Shown here one piece after another: positions 50,677 through 64,000 of a stretch of DNA of 64,000 nt. The position numbers were made by a program, and so were the translations under genes. This stretch comes from Tubiluchus corallicola. Lineage: Eukaryota > Animalia > Priapulida. The notes under the pieces were generated by a model. It saw only the letters and a program-made list of their open reading frames with translations. It searched no databases and had not been told where the DNA came from. The first letter of the stretch is position 1, and the number at the start of each line of letters is the position of its first letter. The stretch is taken from NCBI GenBank assembly GCA_030141605.1, contig JAQGDQ010000015.1:744001-808000 (forward strand), written 5' to 3'.

Positions 50677-51629
50677 AAGGATGTAGCGTTTATTTTTTCG
50701 AAAACCTCACTTTTTACCTTATGTGGGTAAAATTTGGCGGAACGTCTAACTTTTCAGTCAGATCTGGAAATGGGTTAGGGCACCGGTCGTGGATATGTTA
50801 CACGGCTTCACTATTTTGAAGTAAATGGCCTGGGTGTATGTCCAGTTAATGACCGCCCAAGTGAACAGCTCGACTGATGTTTTTGTTTAAAACCGTTTAT
50901 TAAAGACTTTTTTGTTATTTTTGAAGTTCAATTACAAACTTTTTACAGCATTGCGTAAGACGAGAAAAATCGCATTATGCGCATTCCGGTATTAACAAAT
51001 GTGTACTTTTTGTATATTTTTGCTTGCAAAAAAAGTAGAGGGTCTGTAGCGCGAGATAGAAATAAGGTGAATTGGCGTCATTATGAGTTAGGTCTGCTAG
51101 ATTAGGTATTTTTTAAGTTGCTAAGTCTTGTGTGTGGATCAGACTCGGTCACGTTGGAATTGATGGGGAAGTTCTGTACACATAGTTCTGCACACAGTTT
51201 AAAGTGCACACTGCGTATGTCTGAGAAATGAACTTATGACAAAATCTTTGATTCTTATAATTATGATTGATGAATTCTCATTCTTATCGATTGTTATTAT
51301 ACAATGGCTCATATTTGGTTACCTCGCCGTTTAGGTTTTGTACCCAAATTTCACCTGCTGCATAATATGAGTTAAACAAGCATTTACCACAGAATATGTA
51401 ATAGACTGCACATTTTATTTGGCGTGTTGTTCAGCGCTAGTTAATAAGGTAAAATAACTTATAAACTTTCTTGCAACGACATTGTTATGAAATGACGAAT
51501 GTTTTAATTGCTTTACTGCTTCTTGTGCGCTAGGATAAATTAGTTGTTTTGCCGCACGTTTCTCTTAACTCCTAACGTCACTTGGATAAGTTACACGTTG
51601 AAATTACTTTTCAGAACGAGCTACATCCA
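50677..51629. mobile_element. Possible Kolobok-like element
   Basis: ttaa-(A)GGATGTAGC ... GCTACATCC-aattaa short inverted ends. Confidence 0.3.
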
Positions 51630-52229
51630 ATTAAACAAGGCGGATCCAGAAAGGGTGTGCGTTTAATGGTATTAATCTAAAACAGTAGAAAGTGCACTGA
51701 TATCATTTTTATCGACAATGCCTCCAAGTTTCTAAAAAGGGAGCGAAATTATTTAATTTTAAAAATTTGTTTATGTATTTATTTTAATGTGTGTTATGTA
51801 TTAAAAAAAGAAACGTCCCCTTTTTGGATTGACACACCTTGGGTTTAACTCGGCGGCGGAATGACAAACCTTCTCATAAAGAGGAGAAAATTGCATCGCT
51901 TTTAAACTTTCTCCACCATTCGTCTCAATTTTGTCTGATCGCTTCTGTGAGGCCCAGGATAATCGCCTACAAATGGGCTTCCTGGGGCGGGTTGCCTGGC
52001 AGACGTGGACCACGCGGTGCGAGATAACGAGTTACAGTGACAAACGTGCTTGAAACATATGCAGTAACCACAGCACGTATAGGTGTGATAATAATAGTCT
52101 CAGTGTAAGTCGAGATAACGAAAAGCTCTGAAAATTGTTAGTCTTGATATTTAACAGGCTTACTTGACAGGTTTTAAAACGGCTGATTTCTAATCATTGA
52201 TCAATATAAATTTGTAGAGCAGAAACTTA

Positions 52230-52590
52230 AGTAAAGGAAAGAAAAAGAAAGAAAGAAAGAAAGAAATGAACGGAGGTTGGAATGAAAAAAAGGAATAAAG
52301 AGTGAATGAAACGAGAAATGGAAAGAAGGAACAAATGAATTGAAGAGGAATGAAGAAAAATTGAAGGATGAAAGAAAAGAATAAAAGTAGAGAGGGTGAG
52401 AGAAAGGAAGAAAGAAGAACAAAGAAAGAAAAGGAAAGAAAGAAAAAATGAAAGAATAATCGATGCAAAGAAACAAAAGAGAAAGAAAAAAGCAAAAAAT
52501 CGATGTAAAAGCAAAGAAGATAAAAGAAAAGTAGAAAGAAAAAAACTAAAGGGAAAGAAAGAGTGAAAAAGAAAGAAAGAAACCAAAAAT
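52230..52590. repeat. Purine-rich (GAAA) low-complexity tract
   Basis: Directly visible. Confidence 0.85.
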
Positions 52591-53639
52591 AATGAGCCAC
52601 TCACGTCAGTTTTCAAAGTAAATTTATTAGTGTAGAAATTTTAGTTTGAAACAATTGGATTTTCACACTAATTTTTGTTTGCTTCATTTTAAACTTTTTC
52701 AGCTGCTTCCTAATAAATATATAAACCGAAGTCCTTATTTCCTCGTTTAATAATCGAAAACAAGGTTTGACATTTTCTTTTCATTTCAGTGGCACTGTGC
52801 ACAAAATAATCAAGCATTATCACCCACACACAGGTAACGCGTGCGTATTATTATGTTGACTCCCAATTAACTGCTACACACTGGTGGTGTTGTCACATTA
52901 GATTTTCAATTCCTTGTGGTAGGAAGAATAGAAAAAACTATATTAATGTTGATAACGATAATAGTAATTTAATGAGAACTCTATGATTATAAAGATGTTT
53001 CGCTAGAGGCAGTAGTAGGCCTAACTCGCAAGTAATAAAGCATTGTTGGAGCTTAGAACTGTTGGGTAATGTTGGGAATACAGTCGCACACGGTTATAAC
53101 GTATCTCTAAAAAACAATTGTGACTCTTATGGTAAACAGTAATAGTATCGTTATGGTCTATTTTCATTTAGTGGAAAAAGACAATGTGTTTACAAGTTTA
53201 TAAATGCCTATTGGAAAAAAAGATTTGTTTTCTCTGTAGTATTTGCTTATGTTAAATAAAACAGCAGTATATATATTTGAATTGGTAGCAGCGACACATA
53301 CAATGAGATGAATGTGTCAGTTTTACACTCACCACACTTCACAAGTAGTTCGCACACGTGTCACACTCAACGCCTAGTGAGATGTGATTATACTACTCAC
53401 GTGTTGTCTACTGAACAACCTAGTGCAGGTGACTGATGGAGTTGAATGATACTCTTTAGATCATTCGTATGGCTTTCAAATATAAGAAACCTTTAACTAA
53501 TATTAGAAAAAAAAATTTTTTGTGACATGGCCAATCCGTTTATCTAATCTCTTTTCGCCAAACTAATTATAGTGTTAATGATGGAATCAAACCAAAATCG
53601 AATTTTGAAACCAAACTTGTACAAGAGAAAAGAAATGCG

Positions 53640-53725
53640 AAAAAATGTTCTTCGAGTCTGGATTTGAACCAGAGGCATTTTGAATTACGGTTAGGTGCTT
53701 TACCACTAAACTACTCAATCCCAAA
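53640..53725 (-). mobile_element. tRNA-derived SINE head (degenerate)
   Basis: Minus strand: TAGTTTAGTGGTAAAGCAC...GGTTCAAATCC. Confidence 0.6.
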
Positions 53726-54498
53726 GATAATTCATATTTGATGGCCACAACACTGTCGCTTCCTGGAGACATAATAAGTCCTATTACATTCAAAACTAAT
53801 TTTCTCTATTGTCGTTTTAGGGCTTCCATACATTAACCAGGTTTACTCTTTAGAAAATGCCAGCTTAAAATACGATAATATGTCTTTGATCAGATTATTA
53901 GTTTCATTTAACTTGTTGGTTAAAATTTTCCCACAACTTTCACAACGGTTTAGTGGCTGTCATCCATCCAACTGCTGGACTGTCTGTTAATGCTGAACTT
54001 CGCGTTTGCGATTCGCGAATACTTGCTTGTTCTGTACCCAGAATAAGGAGTTTAGTTATAATGAAAAGCGAGCCCATTGTTGGTCTAATACACACATTTG
54101 AAAATGCTAGCCAGTTAACTACTTTTGAAGCTGTCACAGCCACTGGATCCACCCCACGTGTCCTCATGAAGCACTTACCCGTACCCCTGTTGTTACAGCT
54201 GAACCTGCTACAGTCCAGTTCTGTTTGTTTGGACAAGATGCGAAATTCCTGTAAATATTTTGCCTAATGTAAGAAGAGCCCAAGCAAACATAAGGATGAG
54301 TGATCCGAGGCGTATTTGTGCTAAGCTCATGTAATCCTCCTGTCAGCGTTATCATCGCATCACTATCACAACCATCACTCAATGCAATGTTCTCACATCA
54401 CTGGATATCAATCACAATTATACAAAGTAATGAAAGTATTAACTGTCACCAAGCGATAATAAACGTTATGATGGCTGCGCACGAGTCAATTCTTAGAA

Positions 54499-55086
<588 letters not shown>

Positions 55087-56554
55087 GAAAGGCCTGCCAG
55101 GTGAGAGAAGTTGATAGGTATGTTCAAATACAGTTAATATTTTCCTATGTTAGAGTACGGTAAAGAGTATATTAGAGTAAGACAAATCTTGCTTGCGATG
55201 TCATTGTTTCTTTTTAAACCAGTAGGATTTTTAAATGCAGCAGCTGGCATGCTGGACTTAGGTCTTCGCCATACGAATTGTAGGAATTCAGCATTTTATA
55301 AGTCTAAACGCCCTGAACCTATACACAACATTGCTATTGTGTCTTAATAAGGTACCATTACGAACTGAATATAGCCGCCATCTTTCTTTTTAGAAGAAAA
55401 CCATAGTAAGAGACAGAGACTTCTGTTGTTCAACAGCTCGTTGGGCCCAAGTGTTCAAGTTGAGGTATATGATTTGATGTCTATCATCTTCAAACTGTCA
55501 TTTTTGTCGACGTTAATTTGGGTAATTGCCCCCGCGCCGGGCTCTTCGCAAAGTCGGGCTCGTTGGGCGCGATTACAGTGCCCCACCCGCTGCGGCCGGC
55601 GTCGATAAGTGAATCGAAAAACGAGCCGTGCACTGTTTTCGACAATTCCGTGCCTGATTATTCGTAAAATTTTAATGAGCGCAATTACGAAAAAAGGGTC
55701 TGTTAGAGTTGTAAGTAGCGAGCGATGCAGAGTAATTACTCGCTGAAGGCATGGACTATCGCAGCTTGAGTCCTGCCCCCTACTAGAGTCTAATTTATTA
55801 AAACTTGCAGCGCGGAAACTTCTTGCGGAATCGCTCTGTACTGCTGGTTAATAAAAAACGCAAGCCACCAGTGAAATAATTAAATATTACATTAGATCAA
55901 TAAGTGTGTTATTATCGCCATAAAATATTCAACAGAACATGGCCGCCAAGCACGGACAGTTTAAACTAACTGAGATCACTCTTGCAAATGGCATAGATTG
56001 GGCATGTGGTTATAGTCCCATAAATTTTACGCCTTGTGAAATTACATGCCTTTTATTAACGCATCGCATGCTTTCACACTTCACACGCGCCCACTTGTGC
56101 CAATATAGCCCTCTCTTGTGGCCAAAGGGTTCATTTATCAATGCACACATGAACGGCATTTTGCCCTAACCATTTCCGATAGTTCTTCCGTTATGTAATT
56201 TTCTACCTGACGAAGAGCACTGGTTAATAACGACACTCCCGGGGTTTCGGAGCGCACCCCACTGTTCATTATCCAACCTAATATAAAACCGAGTTAGTTT
56301 CCCGCGGTGTAGAAACACAGAACCAGGGCTATAATTATAACGGAAATGGCGGATCTAATCCTGACCACATCGCCAACTATAAACTTAATCTAGAAGATTG
56401 CTAAGATAGGTCAGACAAGCGTTTAAGGCCTCATGTGATCAGCAATTTTTTTTTTGTAAAGAATTATCAATGTTATAGTTCTTTCAGTTATCATGTTACG
56501 CCATTTTACTTAGTAGCGATATTACTAATCAAAGAAAACCAGTCACTTTTGACC

Positions 56555-57235
56555 GCTTGGCTGGTCCTGGTTGGATGGTTTATTGGATGATTGGTTGGTT
56601 AGCGGTTGGGTGTTTAAATTTCAATTTCAGTTTTATTTCAGACATAAAAGCGGCCATGTAGCATGTTGCACACAGTAAATTGTAAAAGATAATTGAGAGT
56701 TAGTAGATTAAACTAATTTTTTGAAATTAAGAAATGCAAAAAATATGTGCATAGATGAAGAATAACACATAGGTTGTTTGGATGGTTGGTCGGTTGATTG
56801 GTTTATTTGTTGATTGCTTGCCTAATTACCTTCCTGGTTAGCTGATTGGTTGGTTGGTTGGTTAGTTAGAGTATTGGGTAGTTAATTTGTTTGTTGGTTG
56901 GATATTTGGTTGATGAGTTAGTTAGTTGGGGATTGGTTATTTAGTTTGTTTTTAGACTGCTTGGTTTATTGATTGTTTGAACGGTGGTCAGTATGTTGAT
57001 TAGATGATTAGATGCATCACTCGTTGTTTGATTAGTTTTGATTCATTAGTTGTTGGTTGGTTATTTTATAGATATATTGATTGATCAACTGATTAAGTAC
57101 TGACTAACAAAGATTGACCAACTGACCTGCTGAGAGGCCAATTAACCTCTTACTGACTGACTTATTAATTGACTATATAATTAATTAAACAATCTGTTAA
57201 TTAATAGAGTAATAGATTAATAGATTAATAGACTA
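56555..57235. repeat. Decayed tetranucleotide repeat (GGTT/GATT/GACT)
   Basis: Residual 4-bp periodicity. Confidence 0.75.
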
Positions 57236-57269
57236 CCGAGGGACAGGGATATTCCTAGGGGTCTGTGTA

Positions 57270-57432
57270 AGACGTGGAAAACCATAGAGTCATTTCTGGT
57301 TTTAGTTTTTTGGGGTTTAACAGGCCAAAGGTCAAGGTCACACAATCCAAAAATGTCAACATAAATTTTTGCCAATAGTGACTTCATGTGAGGTCGTGCG
57401 TCTGCTCATCTACTGAGTGCCCTCCACTTATA
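57270..57432 (+). mobile_element. Helentron/HINE (DINE-1-like) 3' remnant
   Basis: AAAGGTCAAGGTCACA and terminal CTACTGAGTGCCCTCCACTT, adjacent to decayed tetranucleotide repeats. Confidence 0.4.
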
Positions 57433-59835
57433 ACAATGACGCCTTTTTGTTTTGGCATGTTGATTGTGCTGCTATAACGCACGTAAAGCTGCGTGCGGCT
57501 AATAAGCACCTCTAGCGATCTATTAAATTATCGGCTGTGTTTTCTTACAAAGAGGTAAAATATTAATATTCTATTAGCGCAATAGCCCATAAATTGATTA
57601 GTATTATGTGCTTATTTAATTAGGCTTGGTAAAAATTTGTAGAGAATCTGGGTAAGACTGGAGCTATTGCTTGTAACTGGCTTCTTTCAGTCAGTGCTCA
57701 ATGCATCTGTGTGTATTGTGTAGGTGAAATTAAGCCAGAACGGAAAAAATTACTAATTAATGCATTATTATTTCATTTATAATTATCATGTGTTAGCAAT
57801 ATGAAATATATAGCATGTCACGTAATTGTTTTATGAGATTTCTACAATGCTTTGCTGAGAAGTTAATAGACGTAATGTGATGCTAAAATATTATTACTTA
57901 CATACAACGTACTTGTCACAGGACGTAACCATGACTTATTCAGGGCATCAATTATTAACTGGAGACATACTTTGTCTATCATTAGAGGTACATGTAAGAT
58001 TTCAGAAGAAACCATATTGTATTAACAATGACTGCTTACAGTGTAAACTAGCAATATTTCCCAAGACAGTTCTATAACAGATGTCGACAAAAATACGTTT
58101 ATAAAGAATTAAAAGGAATTACATGTATGGTAATCAAATTAGCAGGCCTTAACTGAGTGATAGAGTTTTAAACAATGAAATTTCATAAGCTAAAATTAAT
58201 TGTGTTTATTAATTATCGTTTATCAAGTTCAATGTCTAACAGTCTATCATGGAATTACATATATATTGTACAGTTGACCTAATTTTTGTAGTCCTTGGTT
58301 TAGTTCCTATGGTTTATCATTGTTTCAGTTTATCAACGAATTTTGGAATAAAAGATGTAAATCTTAAAATAAAATTGCATTAATGTGTGTATGTCTTGAA
58401 GTGCTTTTTTGATTTTTACCAATGCACGGCTTTTCGTAAAGTAAAAATAGAAAGCAACTGTACTTGCTATCTTGAAATTGAGATTTCTAAAGACAGTAAT
58501 TTCTAAAGACGTATATTTAATATTATAAACCTCATAATATAAATGTATATATAAGATTCGCAAATTAACTTTTGTGAGTTAATTTAAAGAAAAATAGGAC
58601 GAATATGGCAGCTCGCGAGTATTTCTGGGTGTCTTGCTAGAGTTTGCGAAATAAGGTGTTGCTGTACAACATCCTCTGACAATGTAAACTCGGCAAATCT
58701 AAGTTTACAATTTTAAAGTTTGAGGTTAAATGGGAATTTTTTGCGAAATGCGTTCCCGAAAAATAATCACCGTTCCTCGTCTAGATACGAAAACATCAAA
58801 TAACGAAAAACGAACGAAATTAGGTTTTCACGATAACAATTCCTTAATACAAGACGTCCTTTAAAAACAACATTTCCCATTCAATATTTTATACTCTAGA
58901 TCATATTGATCTAAAATCTTAAATTGAATATTGTATTCTTTAAGAATGAATATGGAAATGAAGCCTACTAGCACATAAAAATTTGGATCTGCGCATCTTA
59001 TACTAAAAATATGTAAAATTTTTGATTGAAAAATAAAATTTAAGAAAGGAGAATGAAAATTTGGGATTATTCTCTAGTGCATGGCCCATGTACAGCATAA
59101 TGTACAAGCTGTATAACATAAGATCATGAGTTTAAAACAACAGTAGATTTGCTTTTTCAAGTCTTCTTTCTTTTTTAAATCAAATTTGGCAACTAAAATA
59201 ACGTTAGTATGTTTCACGATATTTTACTAATTTTTTCTCTAAATTTTTTATAAAATTATGGGATTAAATTTCCCTGTTTCAGTGTCACGACACGAGAGAG
59301 TTAACTGAATTTCATGAATTATTCAAGTTTCCTCAATAAACAACAAACTGTCTTTCTGATTCAGTTATAAGAATGGCTTTAATTAATACGTTTAATCATT
59401 TCTCTCCCTCCCGGAAGCTGAACCTGCAGGCGGCGGGAAGATGAAGATGGAGTGGTCCTCTCTTTGCTGATGAGTGCGCATCGCTGACACAATCCATCAA
59501 TTTAGCGTGGCTTCTATGAAGCCATTTAGCTCACAATGGATGCATATTTTATTGAATCATTCGCTATATATGAAAATACATAAATTCAAAAATGCTGCAA
59601 TAACACAATCTTTTTGTTGCGGGATTTTCATTTCTTGGTTCCATTATAATTATAAAGAATTATCGCTGTGTTATAATAGGAAGCCTTTGCAGCCTTTAGC
59701 CGAATCTAAAATGGCTTTTGATGTGTAGTCTAATTCATAATACAAGAAATAAACAATATGTAACTTTCATTTGTTTAACTTTCTAACTTTATTTATTAGC
59801 TCATATTTACAAGGTGACTAATTATCTAATTGAAA

Positions 59836-60038
59836 TCTGTCTGTCAGCTTGTTTCTTTGTCTGTCTGTTTGTTTGTTTGTGTGTGTGTGTGTGTGTGCGT
59901 GCGTGCGTGCGTGTGTGTGTGTGTCTGTCTGTCTGTTTGTCGGTCTGTTGGTCGGTCGGTCCGTCCGTCCGTCCGTCCGTCCGTCCGTCCGTCCGTCCGT
60001 CCGTCCGTCCGTCCGTCCGTCCGTCCGTCCGTCCGTCC

Positions 60039-60070
<32 letters not shown>

Positions 60071-60078
60071 GCCTGCCT

Positions 60079-60109
<31 letters not shown>

Positions 60110-60110
60110 C
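59836..60110. repeat. Compound microsatellite (GT)n(GCGT)n(GTCC)n(GTCT)n
   Basis: Directly visible. Confidence 0.98.
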
Positions 60111-61029
60111 TTTATGATTGAGCACAGACAGACAGAACTTTGAAAACCAGCATGGCCACGGGAGATTTTGAGGCTAATGTCAAAGGTCGCTTATCCGCCA
60201 ATATGGCGTCCAGAATGGCACTTTTTAACAATATTCTACTACAATATCTGCTGCTGCGATAGCGCTGCTGTCATAGTGATGAATATGTCTGACGTTTATT
60301 TTTTGCAGATATACAATATATAAATAAATAAATAATGAGTAAACTTAAGCGTTAGTTAGGCTATATAAATTGTCTGCATCTTGTATAGTAACTTAAACAC
60401 TGGTATAGTAAATTAAAACTAGTCAAGCGTCAAATTCACCTTTGTGCCATATATAGAGCTAATTAATTAACAATTTCAGTTTCTGAGATGACGATCGCTT
60501 CTTGCCAGCCTGAATATCTAAAGATTTTTTTCTTTGAATTCACCAGAAATGAAGTTCAGCTTTCACTCCAAAATATCGAATAATTTGACTTTAGAAAGTA
60601 ATGAACCTGTTTAGAACATTATTTTTTTCTTAATGAGTTTTTCGCATTAGAAATGATTTTAGTTTTGTAGAGGTAGGTCATAACACCACTTACCAAGCAA
60701 CATCTTGTTTTTTTCTGTAAGCAGTATAACAAAATAAGATATTAGTGTGTTTTTCCCTAGCTAGTCTTCATTCTTGCTTATAATGCTCGGTGATTTATTT
60801 TTATCTTGTGCGAATTAAAGTTTACAAAACGTTTATAATATCAGGGATAAACCCTGAAAAATCAGATTTGTAGCAAAAACCAGCTTATTCATGCATGTGA
60901 TGTAGCTTGCTGTCAGGCTGGTATTGTTTTATTGATACCAAGATCTCTAGCTTTGACCAACCACAAAACAGTCCATGCTTATATGAAGCGGGATATTAAA
61001 AACCTATACTCTTATTTCCGCTTTATTAG

Positions 61030-61200
61030 AGATTGATTGCTTTGTTTCCTTTGAAGCCACTCCTCCGCCGGCCCAGGAGAAGCCACGGTCGATTCTCATC
61101 TCTCGCCGATAATTAATCGAATTCGGCTCTCCCTAACAAGCCGTAATCACACATTGGGCGTTTGTCATCAAGCCAAGATAATCAGATATTAAACATACGC
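61030..61200. promoter_or_regulatory. Enhancer-like motif cluster
   Basis: CCTTTGAA (TCF/LEF), TTTGTTT (Fox/Sox), TAATTA/TAATC (homeodomain) and AGATAA (GATA) in a CpG-containing block. Confidence 0.4.
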
Positions 61201-61608
61201 TAGGGGCTGTGCACAATTAAGTCAATGAATAGTAAAATGCCTACTTAGATCATTAGGTTTGTGAAAATAGGATTTAGTCACCGGTAGGGGGTGTGCTCGT
61301 CAATCGTGCATACCTAATGTTCATTTATCAGTCTAGTGGAGACCAATATCAGAAACCCAGGAGACGTCTTGTTATCAAACCTTTCAGTTACAAAATGCCA
61401 CCCGTAATCTTATATCTATTACGTAGATAAAACCCTTATATGCTCCCCAATATGATGTGACCCTGATACAAACTAACAATATACTCACAAGTGTGAAACC
61501 ATAGTTTCAGTCTCTACAATAATAACCAAATTTTACTAATTAATAATTAAATATTAATGATGACAATTTTTATTTGAAAGAATAATTTTCTGTTATTCAA
61601 GAAACAGG

Positions 61609-61688
61609 TTCTCTTTTTCTCTCTTTCTATGTCTTTTCTCTTTTTCATCTCTTACTCCTTCTCCCCCTTTCTCTGTCTCCTTTTCTCC

Positions 61689-61780
<92 letters not shown>
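61609..61780. repeat. Polypyrimidine tract ending in (CT)n
   Basis: (CT)n at ~61693-61775. Confidence 0.95.
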
Positions 61781-62326
61781 GCATTGAATTTACCATTATG
61801 AAAAATAATTTTTTTCATAAAAGTAAATCTCGAAATTTCTCCATGCCGCCAAATGCAGTGCCCGAAATCCAGGCGTTTCTTTGATTATGGGATGGGGTGA
61901 AGCAATTGCCGACTCCGAAGCTGACCTGTGCTTTTTTCGGTTTGCCGCTGAATTTTTCAGTCAATATGGCTCAGCCCTCTCTCCTGGAAAAATCGGCCCG
62001 TACGTCGATGCGACATTATCGTCTAGGTACTACACCACATTATCAGAAAACCAAGATCGAACAAATTAATTTATACATGAAATTTTGTAGAACTTTCAGT
62101 TGATTATATAGGTTTATGCATAGTTATATACATAAATCTTTTGGTTTAAAATTCAAGCTAAATTAGTGAGCTTTTGAAGCTGTGAAATTGTTAAACAATT
62201 TAACAGTGAGACAAACGCGACACTTTGTAAATTTGTCGTATGAGCTAAGTACACAATATCTTTTAATTTTATCATCTAATTAATATATTATAAATTGTAT
62301 GCCTGCAAATAGAGGTTTAAAAAGAC

Positions 62327-62465
<139 letters not shown>

Positions 62466-62605
62466 GTAGTGTGCAATTATTCTGAGATTCTGTTGTATAG
62501 ATGGGAAGATTAATTATCAATGACTGTAATTTGTTCAAATCGGTTGAGATTCTTTTATTTATGCGTTGTTAATCAAAGTGTGTTTTCCATATTGCCAATT
62601 ACGTC

Positions 62606-62701
62606 ATATACTTAGTCAGAGAATGTAATATGCGTCAGGCATATAGCGAACTTCATATACTTAGGCAGAGAATGTAATATTCGTCAGGCACATAGCGAAA
62701 C
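62606..62701. repeat. 49-bp tandem duplication
   Basis: catatacttag(t/g)cagagaatgtaatat(g/t)cgtcaggca(t/c)atagcgaa twice. Confidence 0.9.
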
Positions 62702-64000
62702 TACATTCGCTGACTTAGTTCAGTTGGATTTTTTTAATTTTAGCTATTGTGAAGCTATTTTGCCATCCATTTTAATAATGCCGTTTCCTTATGCTCAAAC
62801 CCGTGACTAACCTGTGATCCCTTGTGACCTTGTCCTTAACCCAACGTAAAATTAAAATGAATCGCTCAACTGAGACTCTGAATTACGACATATCTTTATC
62901 TTCCCTAGTTTTTGTGAACTTGTGAGTTCATCCATTTTGTAGAAGTAAAGTAAGCATCCAAAGTGTAGAAGTTGAGCTCATAAGCTTCCGGTTAAAGGTG
63001 ATACTTGCCATTAATTCTAATACGGTACAAAAACATCTAACTTTTTGCACAACACAATCATGAATTCAAATGACAAAACTCGTCGTTGTTCGACTTTAGT
63101 GATTTGAAAATGAATAATATGCAATCTAATTTTTATTCGTTGTATGTAACCCACAAAAATGTAACCCATCTAGAACCAGTAGTAGACTATAATTAGTAAA
63201 CAATAACAGTACGGAAAAAATTGTAACCTGTCCTAAATTTGATCGCGATTGTGTCTTCTTAATTACATGAATTTATAGGTCTACTTTAACAACTGTAATA
63301 GGTTCATTACTGTATTTAAGAGGAATAACGTTACTGAAATAGTTTTAATGTTTGAAAATGTATGTATCACAAACTGTGTTTTTGTTTGTTGTTTAAATTA
63401 CGATTAAAAAATAATTATTATTCGTTACTAAAAATGAGCAATTTCGGAGCTTAGAAGAAACGGTTGGCAAGTGGGCTCTTATAACATGTTAAATCTGATT
63501 AAGATCACGAACAGAATGTAAATTAAATCTCGATACGGAAATAACAAGATATTTTAACAAGAGTATAATTACAAGAGCACAATTCTGAACCCGATGGATC
63601 ACACACAGAAGCTTTTAGTCAAAATGAAATGCATGTAAATGACGTATGACTAATAGTATACAGATTTAGAAGCAAAACTCTGATAATGAAATACATTTGC
63701 TTTTAAACCAAATCAACTTTGTTTTAGTCTCGTGTTTTTAATCGTCTGACATGTTTTAAAGGTTTTTACGAATTTACCCTAGTTTGTGCTCGTGCATCGC
63801 ATATGTCACCTACCTTATTTTCCATAAAATATAATTACTTATGGATGACCTCCCCTCTGCGAATTGAACTGAAATGAACAAGAAAACGATAAAATCACAA
63901 GAAAAAGCATTTGATTTTAAATAAAAAGCACATCCAACATATTTTTTGTTATTAGAAATATTGCGAAATTTCGAACTTGTCAAGCAAAAAATATATAATT

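Noticed and set aside
52190-52616. Phe-rich 'membrane protein' ORFs (also 43011-43363, 47971-48243)
   Set aside because: Reverse complement of purine- or A-rich tracts.
59814-60143. SVRP/SVCL repeat ORFs
   Set aside because: Microsatellite artefact.

Overview
AT-rich, intron-rich animal (invertebrate) genomic DNA; no prokaryotic or CRISPR features. (1) The 3' part of a class IA PI3K regulatory subunit gene (p85 type: RhoGAP/BH half, Pro-rich, nSH2, iSH2, cSH2) on +. It has 11 phase-consistent exons (14859-22989, ~591 codons visible) after a >14.8 kb intron that holds several CpG-rich patches and a candidate p55-like alternative first exon with a YxxM motif. (2) A single-RRM, CIRBP/RBM3-like RNA-binding protein gene on + (27624-39747, 9 coding exons, ~388 aa). 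Its low-complexity tail is built from symmetric phase-1 exons, with candidate cassette, poison and alternative terminal exons. (3) A CpG-rich CRE/CCAAT/YY1 promoter at ~42.2-42.7 kb with a probable first coding exon, followed by >21 kb with no recognisable coding exon. That stretch contains enhancer-like blocks, a candidate spliced antisense transcript and two oppositely oriented graded tetranucleotide microsatellites. LINE remnants, tRNA/5S-derived SINE remnants, hAT/Tigger/Kolobok-type non-autonomous elements and many short tandem duplications are scattered throughout; one duplication copies a p85 splice acceptor. All exon models were built by eye from GT-AG and phase consistency. No wholly new biological system can be demonstrated from sequence alone; the best leads concern isoforms and splicing regulation.
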